From an uncultured Desulfarculus sp. (GTDB lineage Bacteria; Desulfobacterota; Desulfarculia; Desulfarculales; Desulfarculaceae): a DNA stretch of 64,000 nt. The position numbers and the translations under genes were made by a program. This document shows positions 10,187 to 19,977 of the stretch, one piece after another; the first letter of the stretch is position 1; each line of letters begins with the position of its first letter. The DNA lies in NCBI GenBank assembly GCA_963665125.2, contig CAXXUK010000001.1:2496001-2560000 (forward strand), in the 5' to 3' direction. The notes beneath the pieces are model-generated. The model was not told the origin of the DNA. It did not search any database and saw only the letters and a list, made by a program, of their open reading frames with translations.

Positions 10187-10657
10187 GTGAGCCAACCAGC
10201 AGTAGCATTACAGCTGGATGAAATAATCGACCGGTATCCAGCAAAACCGGAATTTTTGATTTTTCTGTTGCAGGACATTCAGGCTGCCTTTGGCTTTGTT
10301 TCCAGGGAAGCCATGGAGTTGGTCTGCGACCACACCGGCGTGGCCCTGAGCCAGGCCTATTCCGTTGCCACATTTTATCAGTCGTTCAGCCTGGAGCCTA
10401 AAGGCGAGCACGAGATTCGTGTCTGCATGGGCACGGCCTGCCACCTCAAAGGCGCCGGACGCCTGGTTGACGCCATCGAACGGAGGATCGGCATTACGCC
10501 GGGCCAAACCACCGAAGACCTCAAGTTCAGCGTTGAAGCCGTCAACTGCCTTGGCGCCTGCGCCTTGGCCCCGGTGATGGTCGTCGATGAAGAATACATC
10601 CCCAGCGTAACGGCTAAGAAGCTGGACAAAATGTTGACCGAAAAGGCCAAGGACTAG
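10187..10657 (+). CDS. NuoE/HydC-like [2Fe-2S] subunit
   Basis: VCMGTACHLKG and NCLGACALAP motifs; AAGGAGG RBS with GTG start. Confidence 0.92.
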   Translation: MSQPAVALQLDEIIDRYPAKPEFLIFLLQDIQAAFGFVSREAMELVCDHTGVALSQAYSVATFYQSFSLEPKGEHEIRVCMGTACHLKGAGRLVDAIERRIGITPGQTTEDLKFSVEAVNCLGACALAPVMVVDEEYIPSVTAKKLDKMLTEKAKD

Positions 10658-10675
10658 GCCGTAAGCGAGGTTACC

Positions 10676-12576
10676 ATGGCCAAAGCATTCAGCATTGAAA
10701 ATTTAAATGATGTCCACGTGTCTTCACGCAAGGACTTGAACACGTTGCGTCAGGATATCCTGGACGCGCGCGATCCCGGCAGACCCCAAATTCTGGTCTG
10801 CCACGGTACGGGCTGTCAGGCCAACGGCAGTCCCAAGGTCACCGAGGCCCTCAAAGAAGCCGTCAAGGCGGCGAATCTCGACGTTGATGTAATCCCGACC
10901 ATAAAAACCACCGGCTGTCACGGATTCTGTTCCCGCGGACCGCTGGTGATCATCGAACCTGAAGGCATTTTTTACCAAAAGGTCAAGCCCACCGACGCAG
11001 AGGAAATCGTACAGACAACCCTGGTGCAGGGTCAGCCCGTCGAAAAACTGCTGTACAAGCATCCCAAGACCGACGAGCAACTGCTCAAGGTGGCCGACAT
11101 TCCGTTCTACAACCTGCAGCAGCGGGTGGTCTTGCGCCACATCGGTCATATCGACCCCACCGACATCCTCGACTCCATCGCGGCGGGCAGCTACCAGGCC
11201 CTGGCCAAGGCCCTGACCGAGATGACTCCCGAGCAGATCGCCGACGAGGTGCTCAAGAGCGGCCTCAGGGGCCGCGGCGGCGCGGGCTTCCCCACGGGCC
11301 GCAAATGGAAGACCGCCATCGAGGCATCCCAGGCAAGCGGCGATTCGGTCTATGTTGTCTGCAACGGCGACGAAGGCGACCCCGGCGCGTTCATGGACCG
11401 CACCGTCATGGAGGGCGACCCCCATGCCGTCCTCGAAGGCATGATCCTTGGCGCCTATGCCCTAGGCTCGCACCAGGGTTACATCTACGTGCGCGCCGAG
11501 TATCCGGTGGCCATCAAGCACCTGACCATCGCCATGGAACAGGCCCGGGCCATCGGGCTTTTGGGCGACAACATCATGGGCACCGGTTTCAGCTTTGACC
11601 TGCAAATCAACCGCGGAGCCGGCGCGTTCGTCTGCGGCGAGGAAACAGCCCTGATCCGCTCCATTGAGGGCAAGACGGGAACGCCCAAGCCTCGCCCGCC
11701 CTTCCCTGCGGTGAAAGGTCTTTTCGGCAAGCCCACCATTCTCAACAACGTTGAGAGCTGGGCCAACATATCCCAGATCATCGAAAACGGCGGCGAATGG
11801 TTTGCCGGAATCGGCGTGCCCAACAGCCCCGGCACCAAGGTCTTCTCCCTGGTCGGCAAGGTCAACAACGTCGGCTTGGTCGAGGTGCCCATGGGCGTGC
11901 CCATGGACTATATCGTCGAGGAGATCGGCGGCGGCGTGCCCGGCGGCAAGCAGTTCAAGGCCGTGCAGACCGGCGGTCCGTCCGGCGGCTGCATCCCTTA
12001 CTCGCTCAAGGATATTCCCGTTGACTTCGACTCGCTGACCAAGGCCGGCTTTATGATGGGTTCCGGCGGTATGATCGTCATGGACGACCGCGACTGCATG
12101 GTCGACGTGGCCCGCTACTTCCTGGGCTTCTTGGAGGAAGAATCCTGCGGCAAGTGCATGCCCTGCCGTCTGGGCGTACCCGGCTTAGGGAAATCCTTAT
12201 CGAAATCAGCGAGGGCCGAGGCAAGGAAGAGCACCTCGACGCCATCGAAAGTCTGGCCATGGCGGTCAAGGACGGCTCCCTGTGCGCCCTGGGCGGCAGC
12301 GCGCCCAACCCTGTACTGACCACGGTTAAATACTTCCGTGACGAATATCTGGCCCATATCAACGACCACAAGTGCCCGGCAGGTGTCTGCAAGGCCCTGA
12401 TCACCTTCAGCATCGACCAGGACAAGTGCACCGGTTGCGGCGCATGCGCCAGGCTGTGCCCCCAGGAAGCGATTTCCGGCGAAAAGAAAAAGCCGCATGT
12501 CGTGGACGAGGCCGCCTGCATCCGTTGCGGGATTTGTTTCGACACTTGCAAGTTCGACGCGGTGGTTATCAGTTAG
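10676..12576 (+). CDS. NuoF/HydB-like FMN/NADH-binding subunit, split by a single-base frameshift near 12180
   Basis: GRGGAGFPTG, DEGDPGAFMDR, GAGAFVCGEE, GGPSGG, SCGKCMPCR in the first frame; SLCALG, HKCPAGVC and 2x[4Fe-4S] continue in another frame to 12576. Confidence 0.88.
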
Positions 12577-12615
12577 CCGGCGCAAGGCCCTCTTACAGCC
12601 AATGGAGGCTTTGTA

Positions 12616-13221
12616 ATGATCAAATTCAAGATCAACGACACGGTGGTCGAGGCCCAGCCCGGCTGGACAGTGCTGGATACGGCCCGCCACTATGGGATCG
12701 ATATACCAACCCTTTGCTATCATGAATCAGTGATGCCCTCCGGTGCCTGCCGCATGTGCGTGGTGGAGTTGAAAACCGACGCCTTCACCAGAATCGTGGC
12801 CAGTTGCATGTATCCGGTGGCCGACGGCATCAAGATATATACGGATTCCGAGCGCGTGCACAATGTGCGGCGCTGGATTCTGGAGATGCTGCTGAGCCAG
12901 TGCCCCGCGGCCGCTGAAGTCAAAAAGCTGGCTGCCGAGTACGGCGTCACCGACACCCGCTTCAAAATCCACGATCCCGACGAAGACTGCCTCATGTGCG
13001 GCCTGTGCGTGCGGGTATGCCGGGAAGTCGTCGGGGCCGAGGCCATTGACACGGTTGGACGCGGCGCCCACAAAAAAATCGCCGCTCCGTTCATGCAGCC
13101 GACCGATGCCTGCGTGGCCTGCGGAAGCTGCCTGACAGTATGCCCCACGGGCGCCATGGCCCGGCGTTTCAACAGCGTACGCGGTAACCCCAAGGTCGTC
13201 TTGGGCCAAAACGCCCGATAA
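12616..13221 (+). CDS. NuoG-N/HoxU-like Fe-S subunit ([2Fe-2S] + 2x[4Fe-4S]), no catalytic domain
   Basis: IPTLCYH..GACRMC..ASC; CLMCGLCVRVC; CVACGSCLTVCP; only 201 aa. Confidence 0.88.
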   Translation: MIKFKINDTVVEAQPGWTVLDTARHYGIDIPTLCYHESVMPSGACRMCVVELKTDAFTRIVASCMYPVADGIKIYTDSERVHNVRRWILEMLLSQCPAAAEVKKLAAEYGVTDTRFKIHDPDEDCLMCGLCVRVCREVVGAEAIDTVGRGAHKKIAAPFMQPTDACVACGSCLTVCPTGAMARRFNSVRGNPKVVLGQNAR

Positions 13222-13238
13222 GGTAAAGGAGGATAGCC

Positions 13239-15671
13239 ATGAGCAATAATCCCAAAATCGGAGTCTTCCTCTGCCAATGCGGCCAACGTATCGCTCCCAA
13301 GGTCAGTCTGCCCAAACTCTACGATATGCTCTTGGGCGCTGAGAACGTAGCCCATTGCCAAATCGTGCCCTACACCTGTCAGGCCCCCGGCCTGGCCGAG
13401 GTAAGGCAGGCCGTGACGCAAAACAGCCTGGACCGTATCGTCGTGGCCGGTTGCGAAGGCCGCCTGATGACCAAAAAGTTCGAGAAGGAACTGGAAGACC
13501 TGGGCATCCGCAAAGGCCAGGTTGAGGTCGTCAACCTCCGCGACCACGTGGCCGCGTCCAACGACCTCGAGCCGGACGCAAGGGCGGACAAGGCCTTCAA
13601 GCTGATTAAGGCGGCGGTGGCCGGCCAGGCCAACCTCGCGCCCAGCGATGACCTCAAAGTCGAGATGAACGGTCCGGTCATGATCCTCGGCGGCGGCATC
13701 GCCAGCTACGCGGCGGCCCATGAACTGGCCGGCCGGGGCATCGAAACTATCATGACCGCCTACACCGACAACACCTGGGACGAAATTCGCATGCTCCACG
13801 AGCATTATCCCGGTGAGCGGTACTACTATCCCCAGCTTGAAAAAGTCATGCAGGAGGTCCAGGAAAGCCCCAAGGTGCGCCACATCACCACCGGAGAACT
13901 CACCGGCTTGGTTGGACGCACCGGCAACTATACCGTGACCTTTGCCAATCCCGAGGGCGGTCCGCCACGGACATACCAGGCCTCGGCGGTGCTGGCCTGT
14001 CTTGACGGCGAAATGCTCAACCAGGGCAGCGATTTCGGTCATGACGGCAAATCCGTCATTTGCCACACCGAGGCCGAGGAAATGTTCTGGACCAGGGGCG
14101 TCCCCAAGGGCCGCTATGTCTTCTGGATCAACGACTATGAGGCCGGAATCAGCCAATATTCCTATCTCTCGGCCCGTTCGGCCTGGAACATGGCCCGCTA
14201 TGTCCGCGAAAACAACATATTGGCCGAGGTCACCATCCTGTACAACCAAAGCATGCAGGTTCCGCTGTCGGCCGGCGAACGCAAACTTTGCCGTGACCTG
14301 GACATCACTTGGCTGCCCTATGACGGGGCCCTGCGGCCCACGGTGCAATCGGGCTATATCACCTATTGCGATCCGGCTGACAACACCGAAAAGGAAGTGC
14401 TTTGGGACAAGTTGATCCTCAGCCCCCGCCGTAGCGTGGGCTTGGAGGCCACCCGCGTGGCCGAAATCCTGGGCCTGCACATTGAAAAGGGCGGCTTCCT
14501 GCAACGTCACCACGTCAAGGTCAAACCTGAAATGCACGGCCGCGACGAGACCCCCCTGGCCGGAAGCGCATCCTATCCCTGCGATCTGCCCGAAGCCGTA
14601 CGTCAAGGCCGCCGTATAGCCCAGCAGGCCGCCGAACTGGTGGAACTGGCTGCCGAGGGCAAGCTCGTTGCCCCGCGCATGATCTGCGTGGTGGATGACT
14701 CCAAGTGCATCGGCTGCGGTCTTTGCAAGGAAATCTGTGAGTGCGGCGGCATTGAGCCGGTGGACGGACCAGGCGGCAACACGCCCCGGCACGTTGACCC
14801 CATGCTCTGCACCGGAGGCGGCACCTGCGCCGCTGCCTGCCCCTACCACGCCCTGTCCCTGCAGAACAACACCACACTGCAGAGGGAGGCAAGATCCTCT
14901 GAGCTGGCCAAGATGCTGGCCGAAAACGAGGTATTGGCTTGGGGTTGCGCCTGGGGCGGCCAAGCGGCGGCGGATAACGCCGGGATCAAGGGCCTGTTAA
15001 CCGACGAGCGTATGTACATGCTGCCCGTGGGCTGCATAGGCCAGCTTGACCCCATCGTTTTGGCCAGGGCCTTCCTGGACGGCGCCAACGGCGTCCTGCT
15101 CCTGGGCTGCCCGCCCGAGAGTTGTCACCATTCCTATGGACTGGACCACTCCTGGAGCCGCGTAACGCTCATTAAAAAGCTCCTGGGCCTGTGCGGCTTC
15201 GATCGGCGCCGTATTGCCCTGGCCCACTGTGACATGAGCCAGTTGGAGGCATTTACCCGTACGGTCAAGTCCTTCTGCAACACCATTGAAGCGTTGGGTC
15301 CCATAGAGCGCACCCCGGAAAACATGGAAAAACTCCAGGGCATCTATGACACGGTCAACAACTCCAGGGTCCGCTGGGTCCTGGGCGCCAGCCTGCGCCG
15401 GCCGTGGGAAGATGTCTACCCTGGCGACCAGCGCAACGCCCTGGTCTACGACCGCGACCTGATGGGCGTAATCAGCGAGGAATTCATCTCCAGCCGGGTG
15501 CGCCGGGTGATGAGCGCCCAAGGCAGGCCGCTGCACCTTAGCGAACTCACCCAAGCCATTGGTGAAAAGCAAGAGGCAGTAATGGACAGTCTGCGGGAAA
15601 TGGTGGCCGAGGGCCTGATCAGCCGCCAGCACAAGGAAGGCGAAGCCTACTACGCCATCCCGCAAAAGTAG
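13239..15671 (+). CDS. Divergent HdrA/QmoB-like flavoprotein fused to ferredoxin, MvhD-like [2Fe-2S] and C-terminal winged-helix-like domains
   Basis: IGVFLCQCG, RIVVAGC, GGGIAS, CIGCGLCKEIC, MvhD-like GCAW..GCIGQLD..GCPPESCHH. Confidence 0.8.
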   Translation: MSNNPKIGVFLCQCGQRIAPKVSLPKLYDMLLGAENVAHCQIVPYTCQAPGLAEVRQAVTQNSLDRIVVAGCEGRLMTKKFEKELEDLGIRKGQVEVVNLRDHVAASNDLEPDARADKAFKLIKAAVAGQANLAPSDDLKVEMNGPVMILGGGIASYAAAHELAGRGIETIMTAYTDNTWDEIRMLHEHYPGERYYYPQLEKVMQEVQESPKVRHITTGELTGLVGRTGNYTVTFANPEGGPPRTYQASAVLACLDGEMLNQGSDFGHDGKSVICHTEAEEMFWTRGVPKGRYVFWINDYEAGISQYSYLSARSAWNMARYVRENNILAEVTILYNQSMQVPLSAGERKLCRDLDITWLPYDGALRPTVQSGYITYCDPADNTEKEVLWDKLILSPRRSVGLEATRVAEILGLHIEKGGFLQRHHVKVKPEMHGRDETPLAGSASYPCDLPEAVRQGRRIAQQAAELVELAAEGKLVAPRMICVVDDSKCIGCGLCKEICECGGIEPVDGPGGNTPRHVDPMLCTGGGTCAAACPYHALSLQNNTTLQREARSSELAKMLAENEVLAWGCAWGGQAAADNAGIKGLLTDERMYMLPVGCIGQLDPIVLARAFLDGANGVLLLGCPPESCHHSYGLDHSWSRVTLIKKLLGLCGFDRRRIALAHCDMSQLEAFTRTVKSFCNTIEALGPIERTPENMEKLQGIYDTVNNSRVRWVLGASLRRPWEDVYPGDQRNALVYDRDLMGVISEEFISSRVRRVMSAQGRPLHLSELTQAIGEKQEAVMDSLREMVAEGLISRQHKEGEAYYAIPQK

Positions 15672-15811
15672 TAATATTAGCCGTCGAAACCTGGGGCCAA
15701 CCGCCCCGGGTAGCTCCCGCCGGCCCCGGTTTCTGGTTGTGGCTTGCCAGAGGCCGGGGCTTGGCTTATTCTTAGGCCTACATCATTATTCGCACCTGCC
15801 GCTGACGAGAG

Positions 15812-16264
15812 ATGCCCATGGATGACAAAGACAAGGCCATACTTCGCAAGATTCAATCAAAGCTGCCCATAGACGAACGGCCCTTTGCCAAGCTGGGCCA
15901 GAATCTTGGATTGAGTGAAGACGAGGTGCTGTCGCGCGTGGCGGCCATGAAAAAAAGCGGCGTTATCAGGCGTATAGGCGGCAATTTCAACAGCTCCAGC
16001 CTGGGGTTTGCCGCCACACTATGCGGGGCCAAGGTGCCGGATGATAAATTTGAGGAATTTGTCAAGGCCGTTAACGCCCACCACGGCGTCACCCACAACT
16101 ACCGCCGCAGCCACGAATACAACTGCTGGTTCACGTTCATCGCGCCTACCATGCAGGACATAGAACGGCATTTGGCCTTACTGTCTGAAAATACGGGCGT
16201 CTACGACATCTGCAGTATGCCGTCCATGGAAATGTTCAAGATAAAGGTTGATTTCCCGGTGTAG
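15812..16264 (+). CDS. ahbA: Siroheme decarboxylase alpha subunit (Lrp/AsnC-like fold)
   Basis: IQxxLPIxERPF..GVIRRIGGNF..LGF..TLCGAKV..GVTHNY.R..YNCWFT signature. Confidence 0.8.
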   Translation: MPMDDKDKAILRKIQSKLPIDERPFAKLGQNLGLSEDEVLSRVAAMKKSGVIRRIGGNFNSSSLGFAATLCGAKVPDDKFEEFVKAVNAHHGVTHNYRRSHEYNCWFTFIAPTMQDIERHLALLSENTGVYDICSMPSMEMFKIKVDFPV

Positions 16265-16274
16265 GATCGAAGCG

Positions 16275-16667
16275 TCAGCCGACCCTGGCCCGTAGGGCTT
16301 CTAGGGCCAGGCTGGCCTGATTTCTCTGGCGCTTGGCCGCCTGCTCGACCTTGTTTTTCAAAAAAAAGTACAGGTCTTCTACATCCTGGCCGGTAAGCAT
16401 GTCCACGAGGGTGGTGACCTGGGCGCCCAGGTCGTCGGTTCCCGGAGGCCCGTTTTCCCACACGATCTGTTCGGCGGTGATGCCGCAAAGGTGGGCAGCC
16501 TTTTCAAGGACCCTGTCCGGAGCCAAGCGCTTGCCGGTTTCATAGCGGTTGTATTGGGCCTGACTCAGGCCCAACTCCGCCGCGAATTGGGCCTGTGTAC
16601 GCAATGCGCGCAGCTGTTTGAGCCGAAACCCTACTTTAGAGGCTATTATTTCGTGGGTTTCTCGCAT
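16275..16667 (-). CDS. XRE-family HTH regulator
   Basis: RLKQLR..TQAQFAAELGLSQAQYNRYETGKR. Confidence 0.8.
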   Translation of the reverse strand: MRETHEIIASKVGFRLKQLRALRTQAQFAAELGLSQAQYNRYETGKRLAPDRVLEKAAHLCGITAEQIVWENGPPGTDDLGAQVTTLVDMLTGQDVEDLYFFLKNKVEQAAKRQRNQASLALEALRARVG

Positions 16668-16723
16668 AATTCAGCGGATCCGCCCTTTTAGTGGAGCCAA
16701 CCCGCCCGCACCTCTTTCATGGT

Positions 16724-17500
16724 TTAGAACAGGCTGTAGGCGCCATCAATAAGCAAATCGTCGCCACTGTGGTAGGCACTGGCGTCACTGGCCAGATACA
16801 CGGCCACCGCACCGAAATCCTCCGGCAGGCCCCAACGCCGCTGGGGTATGCGCGGCATCACGGCTTTGGCGAACTTTTCCCAACGGAACAAAGGGGCGGT
16901 CATGGGAGTGTCGATCCAGCCGGGAACAATGGCGTTGGCCCTGATCCCATAACGTGCGTATTCCACTGCCAGGCTGCGGATCATGGATAAGACCCCTCCT
17001 TTGGAGGAGGCGTAATGCTCACCCCTGGGCTGGCCCTGGTGGGCGGACAGGCTGCTTGTAACCACTAGGGAACCGCCGCGGCCCGCTTCGAGCATCTGCT
17101 TGATGGCGGCACGGAATGTAAGAAATACGCCGTCAAGGTTGACCGAGGTGATTTCCCGCCACTCCGTGGTAGTCATTTCATGAAAAGCCGTGCCCCGCGA
17201 AGGAACTCCGGCGTTGGCAAAACATGAATCCACCGGGCCCAATTCGGCCAGGCATTGGTCAAAGGCGGCCGTCAGTTTTTGTTCATCGGACACATCGCAT
17301 TGCAGGGCCAAGACCTTGCCGCCATGGGCGGCCAACTTGTCGTAAGCGGCGTCGAGCTTTTGCTGGTCGCGACCGATTATACAGACACTGGCGCCGGCCT
17401 CGGCCAAGGCGTCGGCCATTCCCAGGCCGATGCCGCTGTTGCCGCCGGTGACCATGGCCACTTTTCCGTCTAGGTTGAATTTAGTCATGAGCTGTTTCAA
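16724..17500 (-). CDS. Short-chain dehydrogenase/reductase (KduD/FabG-like); start may be ATG 17488
   Basis: TGGNSGIG, ANAG, YASSK, NAIVPG. Confidence 0.9.
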   Translation of the reverse strand: MKQLMTKFNLDGKVAMVTGGNSGIGLGMADALAEAGASVCIIGRDQQKLDAAYDKLAAHGGKVLALQCDVSDEQKLTAAFDQCLAELGPVDSCFANAGVPSRGTAFHEMTTTEWREITSVNLDGVFLTFRAAIKQMLEAGRGGSLVVTSSLSAHQGQPRGEHYASSKGGVLSMIRSLAVEYARYGIRANAIVPGWIDTPMTAPLFRWEKFAKAVMPRIPQRRWGLPEDFGAVAVYLASDASAYHSGDDLLIDGAYSLF

Positions 17501-17506
17501 TCGATT

Positions 17507-18172
17507 CTATTTGTTTTCAACTTTGGGTCTGCCCGAACGCTGCCAGGCGCTCCAATGAAGGTCCTGGGTCGCCACCGGGTCCTTGACCAATATGCCTTCC
17601 ATGACCACATCCAAAATGGGGTCAATCAACGATACGATGGAGCCCTTACGCCCGCTTAACAGCCAATTGGTGGTCACATGATCAACCGCGCCCATCAAAA
17701 CGGATCTGATAACATAAGGATTGCTGTCCGTGCGGAATTCGCCGTCCTTGATCCCGGTCTCGATTATTCTGGTGATCTTCCGGAACCCGTTGCGGATCAG
17801 ATGAAACGCCTCGGTTTCCCTGAATTTTTGGTTATGTTTGAGAATAAGCAGCACCACCGCCGCATAGTCGGGATTGTCCTCGTAAAGCGAGAGGTACATA
17901 TATACCGTCGCCCTAAGCTGGTTTGCCGCTCCGCGGATCAAATCCACATGCAGGTCGGCCTGCTCGGAATTGTTGCGGGTCACCTCCAAAGGAATGGCAA
18001 ACAGCACGCCCTCTTTACTGGAGAAATACTCATATATACTTCCTTCCGAAACCCCGGCCGCCCGGGCGATTTCGGCAATGGTGGCATCATGAAATCCTTT
18101 TTCGGCGAATTCGCTCTGCGCTGCCTCAAGGATCTTGGTTCGGCGTGCTTCCGTCTTAGTCTGGCTTGCCAA
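17507..18172 (-). CDS. TetR-family regulator (FadR/YsiA-like)
   Basis: ILEAAQSEFAEKGFHDATIAEIARAAGVSEGSIYEYFSSKE. Confidence 0.9.
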   Translation of the reverse strand: MASQTKTEARRTKILEAAQSEFAEKGFHDATIAEIARAAGVSEGSIYEYFSSKEGVLFAIPLEVTRNNSEQADLHVDLIRGAANQLRATVYMYLSLYEDNPDYAAVVLLILKHNQKFRETEAFHLIRNGFRKITRIIETGIKDGEFRTDSNPYVIRSVLMGAVDHVTTNWLLSGRKGSIVSLIDPILDVVMEGILVKDPVATQDLHWSAWQRSGRPKVENK

Positions 18173-18324
18173 AAGGCTCCCCTTTCCCGGCCGTGCGGCC
18201 GTTGTAGCAATATACGAGGAGGAACTAAAGCACCTAACATGGCCTGATGGGGCGGGCGTCAGGGTTCAAAGGATCCAACAGACCCGCGACCGGCTTCTTT
18301 TGCAGTGCCCAACAATCTTTCTAT

Positions 18325-19977
18325 TTATGTTTGTTCCGCTTCTGCTCGTAATACTTTTCGCAAAATCTTACCAACCGCGCTTTTGGGCAATTCATCGCGA
18401 AATTCTATAATTTTAGGCGCTTTGTATGCCGCCAAGCGTTCCCGGCAAAAATCAATAATTTCCTGTTCCGTGGCGTTTTGGCCCTGATGCAGTACGACAT
18501 AGGCCTTGACGGTCTCGCCGCGGTATTCATCGGCCACACCTATGCTCACCGCTTCGGCGATTTTTGGGTGCTGGAACAATACCTCGTCGATTTCCCGCGG
18601 GTATACATTATAACCACCGGCAATGATCATGTCCTTCTTGCGGTCTACAATGTATAGATAGCCGTCTTGGTCCATCTGGGCAATATCGCCTGTATGAAGC
18701 CAGCCGTCAATAACTGCCTCGGCTGTCTCTTGGGGATTGTCCCAATATCCCTGCATAACCAAAGGTCCCTTGAACAAAAGCTCACCCGGTTGGCCCTGAG
18801 CGACCTCCTCGCCGCTGTCGGGGTCCACCAGCCGGATATCGCAATCCGGAAATGGGATGCCAATGCTGCCGGGTTTGTGCCGGCCCATCAGCGGAGTGGC
18901 AATGCCCAGGGATGTCGTCTCGCTCATGCCCCAACCCTCGCCGAAGTTGATCCCGAGATCGTTCACCTTTTCGATCAACTCAACCGGCATTGGCGCCGCG
19001 CCGCTATTGAGCAGTTGAAGCCGCTTGCCCAACTCAAGCTCCACGGTGCGTGGATGGGACACTATCGCGTTCATGATTGTGGGAACGCCGGGGAAAAAGC
19101 TTACGACCTCTTGTCCGGCCAGGATGTTCATCAGTTCATCAATATCAAAACGGGGCACCAGCACAATTGTGCAGAGCGAGTACATGGCGTAGTTCAAAAC
19201 GCAGATCTGGCCGTAGGCGTGGAAAAAGGGCATCAGCCCTATCACCACCTTGTCCTCCAGCCTGGCCATGTGCTCGGTGGCCCGGCCCCAGGCGTTAATG
19301 ACAACAGTGGCCGCCACCATGTTGGCGTGGGACAGGGTCGCTCCCTTTGGGGTGCCGGTGGTGCCGCCGGTGAAGATGATCACCGCCGGGTCTTCCGGCT
19401 CTATCTGCACCTTCGGCATCTTGGCTTCGGTGCTGCCGTTTAAAAGCTCGCTGAAATGCAGCCAGCCCTGGCTCAAGTCTAAATCCTGGGCCGTGCTGAC
19501 CCCAAAGCCGTCGATAAAATCGGTGGGCCGGGTTACCACGACGGCCGGCATGTCCACCTCGCGCGCCAGTTGACGCACTCCTTCCAGGACCATATCAAAG
19601 GTGACAAACAGCTTGGGCTTGGTCAGTTCAAGTACATGCTTTAATTCCGGCACGGTGTACATGGGATTGACATTGACCACCACCGCTCCGAGATGCAATA
19701 CGGCGTAATATGCAATGATATATTGGGGGATATTGGGCAGGTGCAAGGCCACCCTGTCGCCTTGGCCCACGCCAAGCCCCGCGAGAGCCCCGCACATGCG
19801 CAGGGCCAGTTGACGCATTTCATAAAAAGATATCTTAGTCCCGAAAAAATCCGTGGCCGCCTTGTCGCGGCCCATGGACGCGGCGATCCTCAGGAATTCA
19901 TGGGCCGGAATTTTTGGATAGCGCAAAGATGTCGGCACAAAGGGGTCATAATGGTCATGCCAGGGTCTGTGTTCCAT
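18325..19977 (-). CDS. Long-chain acyl-CoA ligase (FadD family)
   Basis: FTGGTTGTPKG, EGWGMSET, WLHTGD, DRKKD, PKSAVGK. Confidence 0.92.
   Translation of the reverse strand: MEHRPWHDHYDPFVPTSLRYPKIPAHEFLRIAASMGRDKAATDFFGTKISFYEMRQLALRMCGALAGLGVGQGDRVALHLPNIPQYIIAYYAVLHLGAVVVNVNPMYTVPELKHVLELTKPKLFVTFDMVLEGVRQLAREVDMPAVVVTRPTDFIDGFGVSTAQDLDLSQGWLHFSELLNGSTEAKMPKVQIEPEDPAVIIFTGGTTGTPKGATLSHANMVAATVVINAWGRATEHMARLEDKVVIGLMPFFHAYGQICVLNYAMYSLCTIVLVPRFDIDELMNILAGQEVVSFFPGVPTIMNAIVSHPRTVELELGKRLQLLNSGAAPMPVELIEKVNDLGINFGEGWGMSETTSLGIATPLMGRHKPGSIGIPFPDCDIRLVDPDSGEEVAQGQPGELLFKGPLVMQGYWDNPQETAEAVIDGWLHTGDIAQMDQDGYLYIVDRKKDMIIAGGYNVYPREIDEVLFQHPKIAEAVSIGVADEYRGETVKAYVVLHQGQNATEQEIIDFCRERLAAYKAPKIIEFRDELPKSAVGKILRKVLRAEAEQT

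Noticed and set aside
12154..12576. Independent 140-aa ferredoxin gene or programmed frameshift
   Set aside because: It is the C-terminus of the NuoF-like protein; no slippery site seen
12720..14963. Long antisense ORFs (also 4659-6548, 39949-41544, 51059-52753, 36058-37428)
   Set aside because: Shadow frames of well-supported genes, expected with high GC; no recognisable motifs
16275..16667. XRE gene as a prophage or toxin-antitoxin marker
   Set aside because: No integrase, phage or toxin gene nearby
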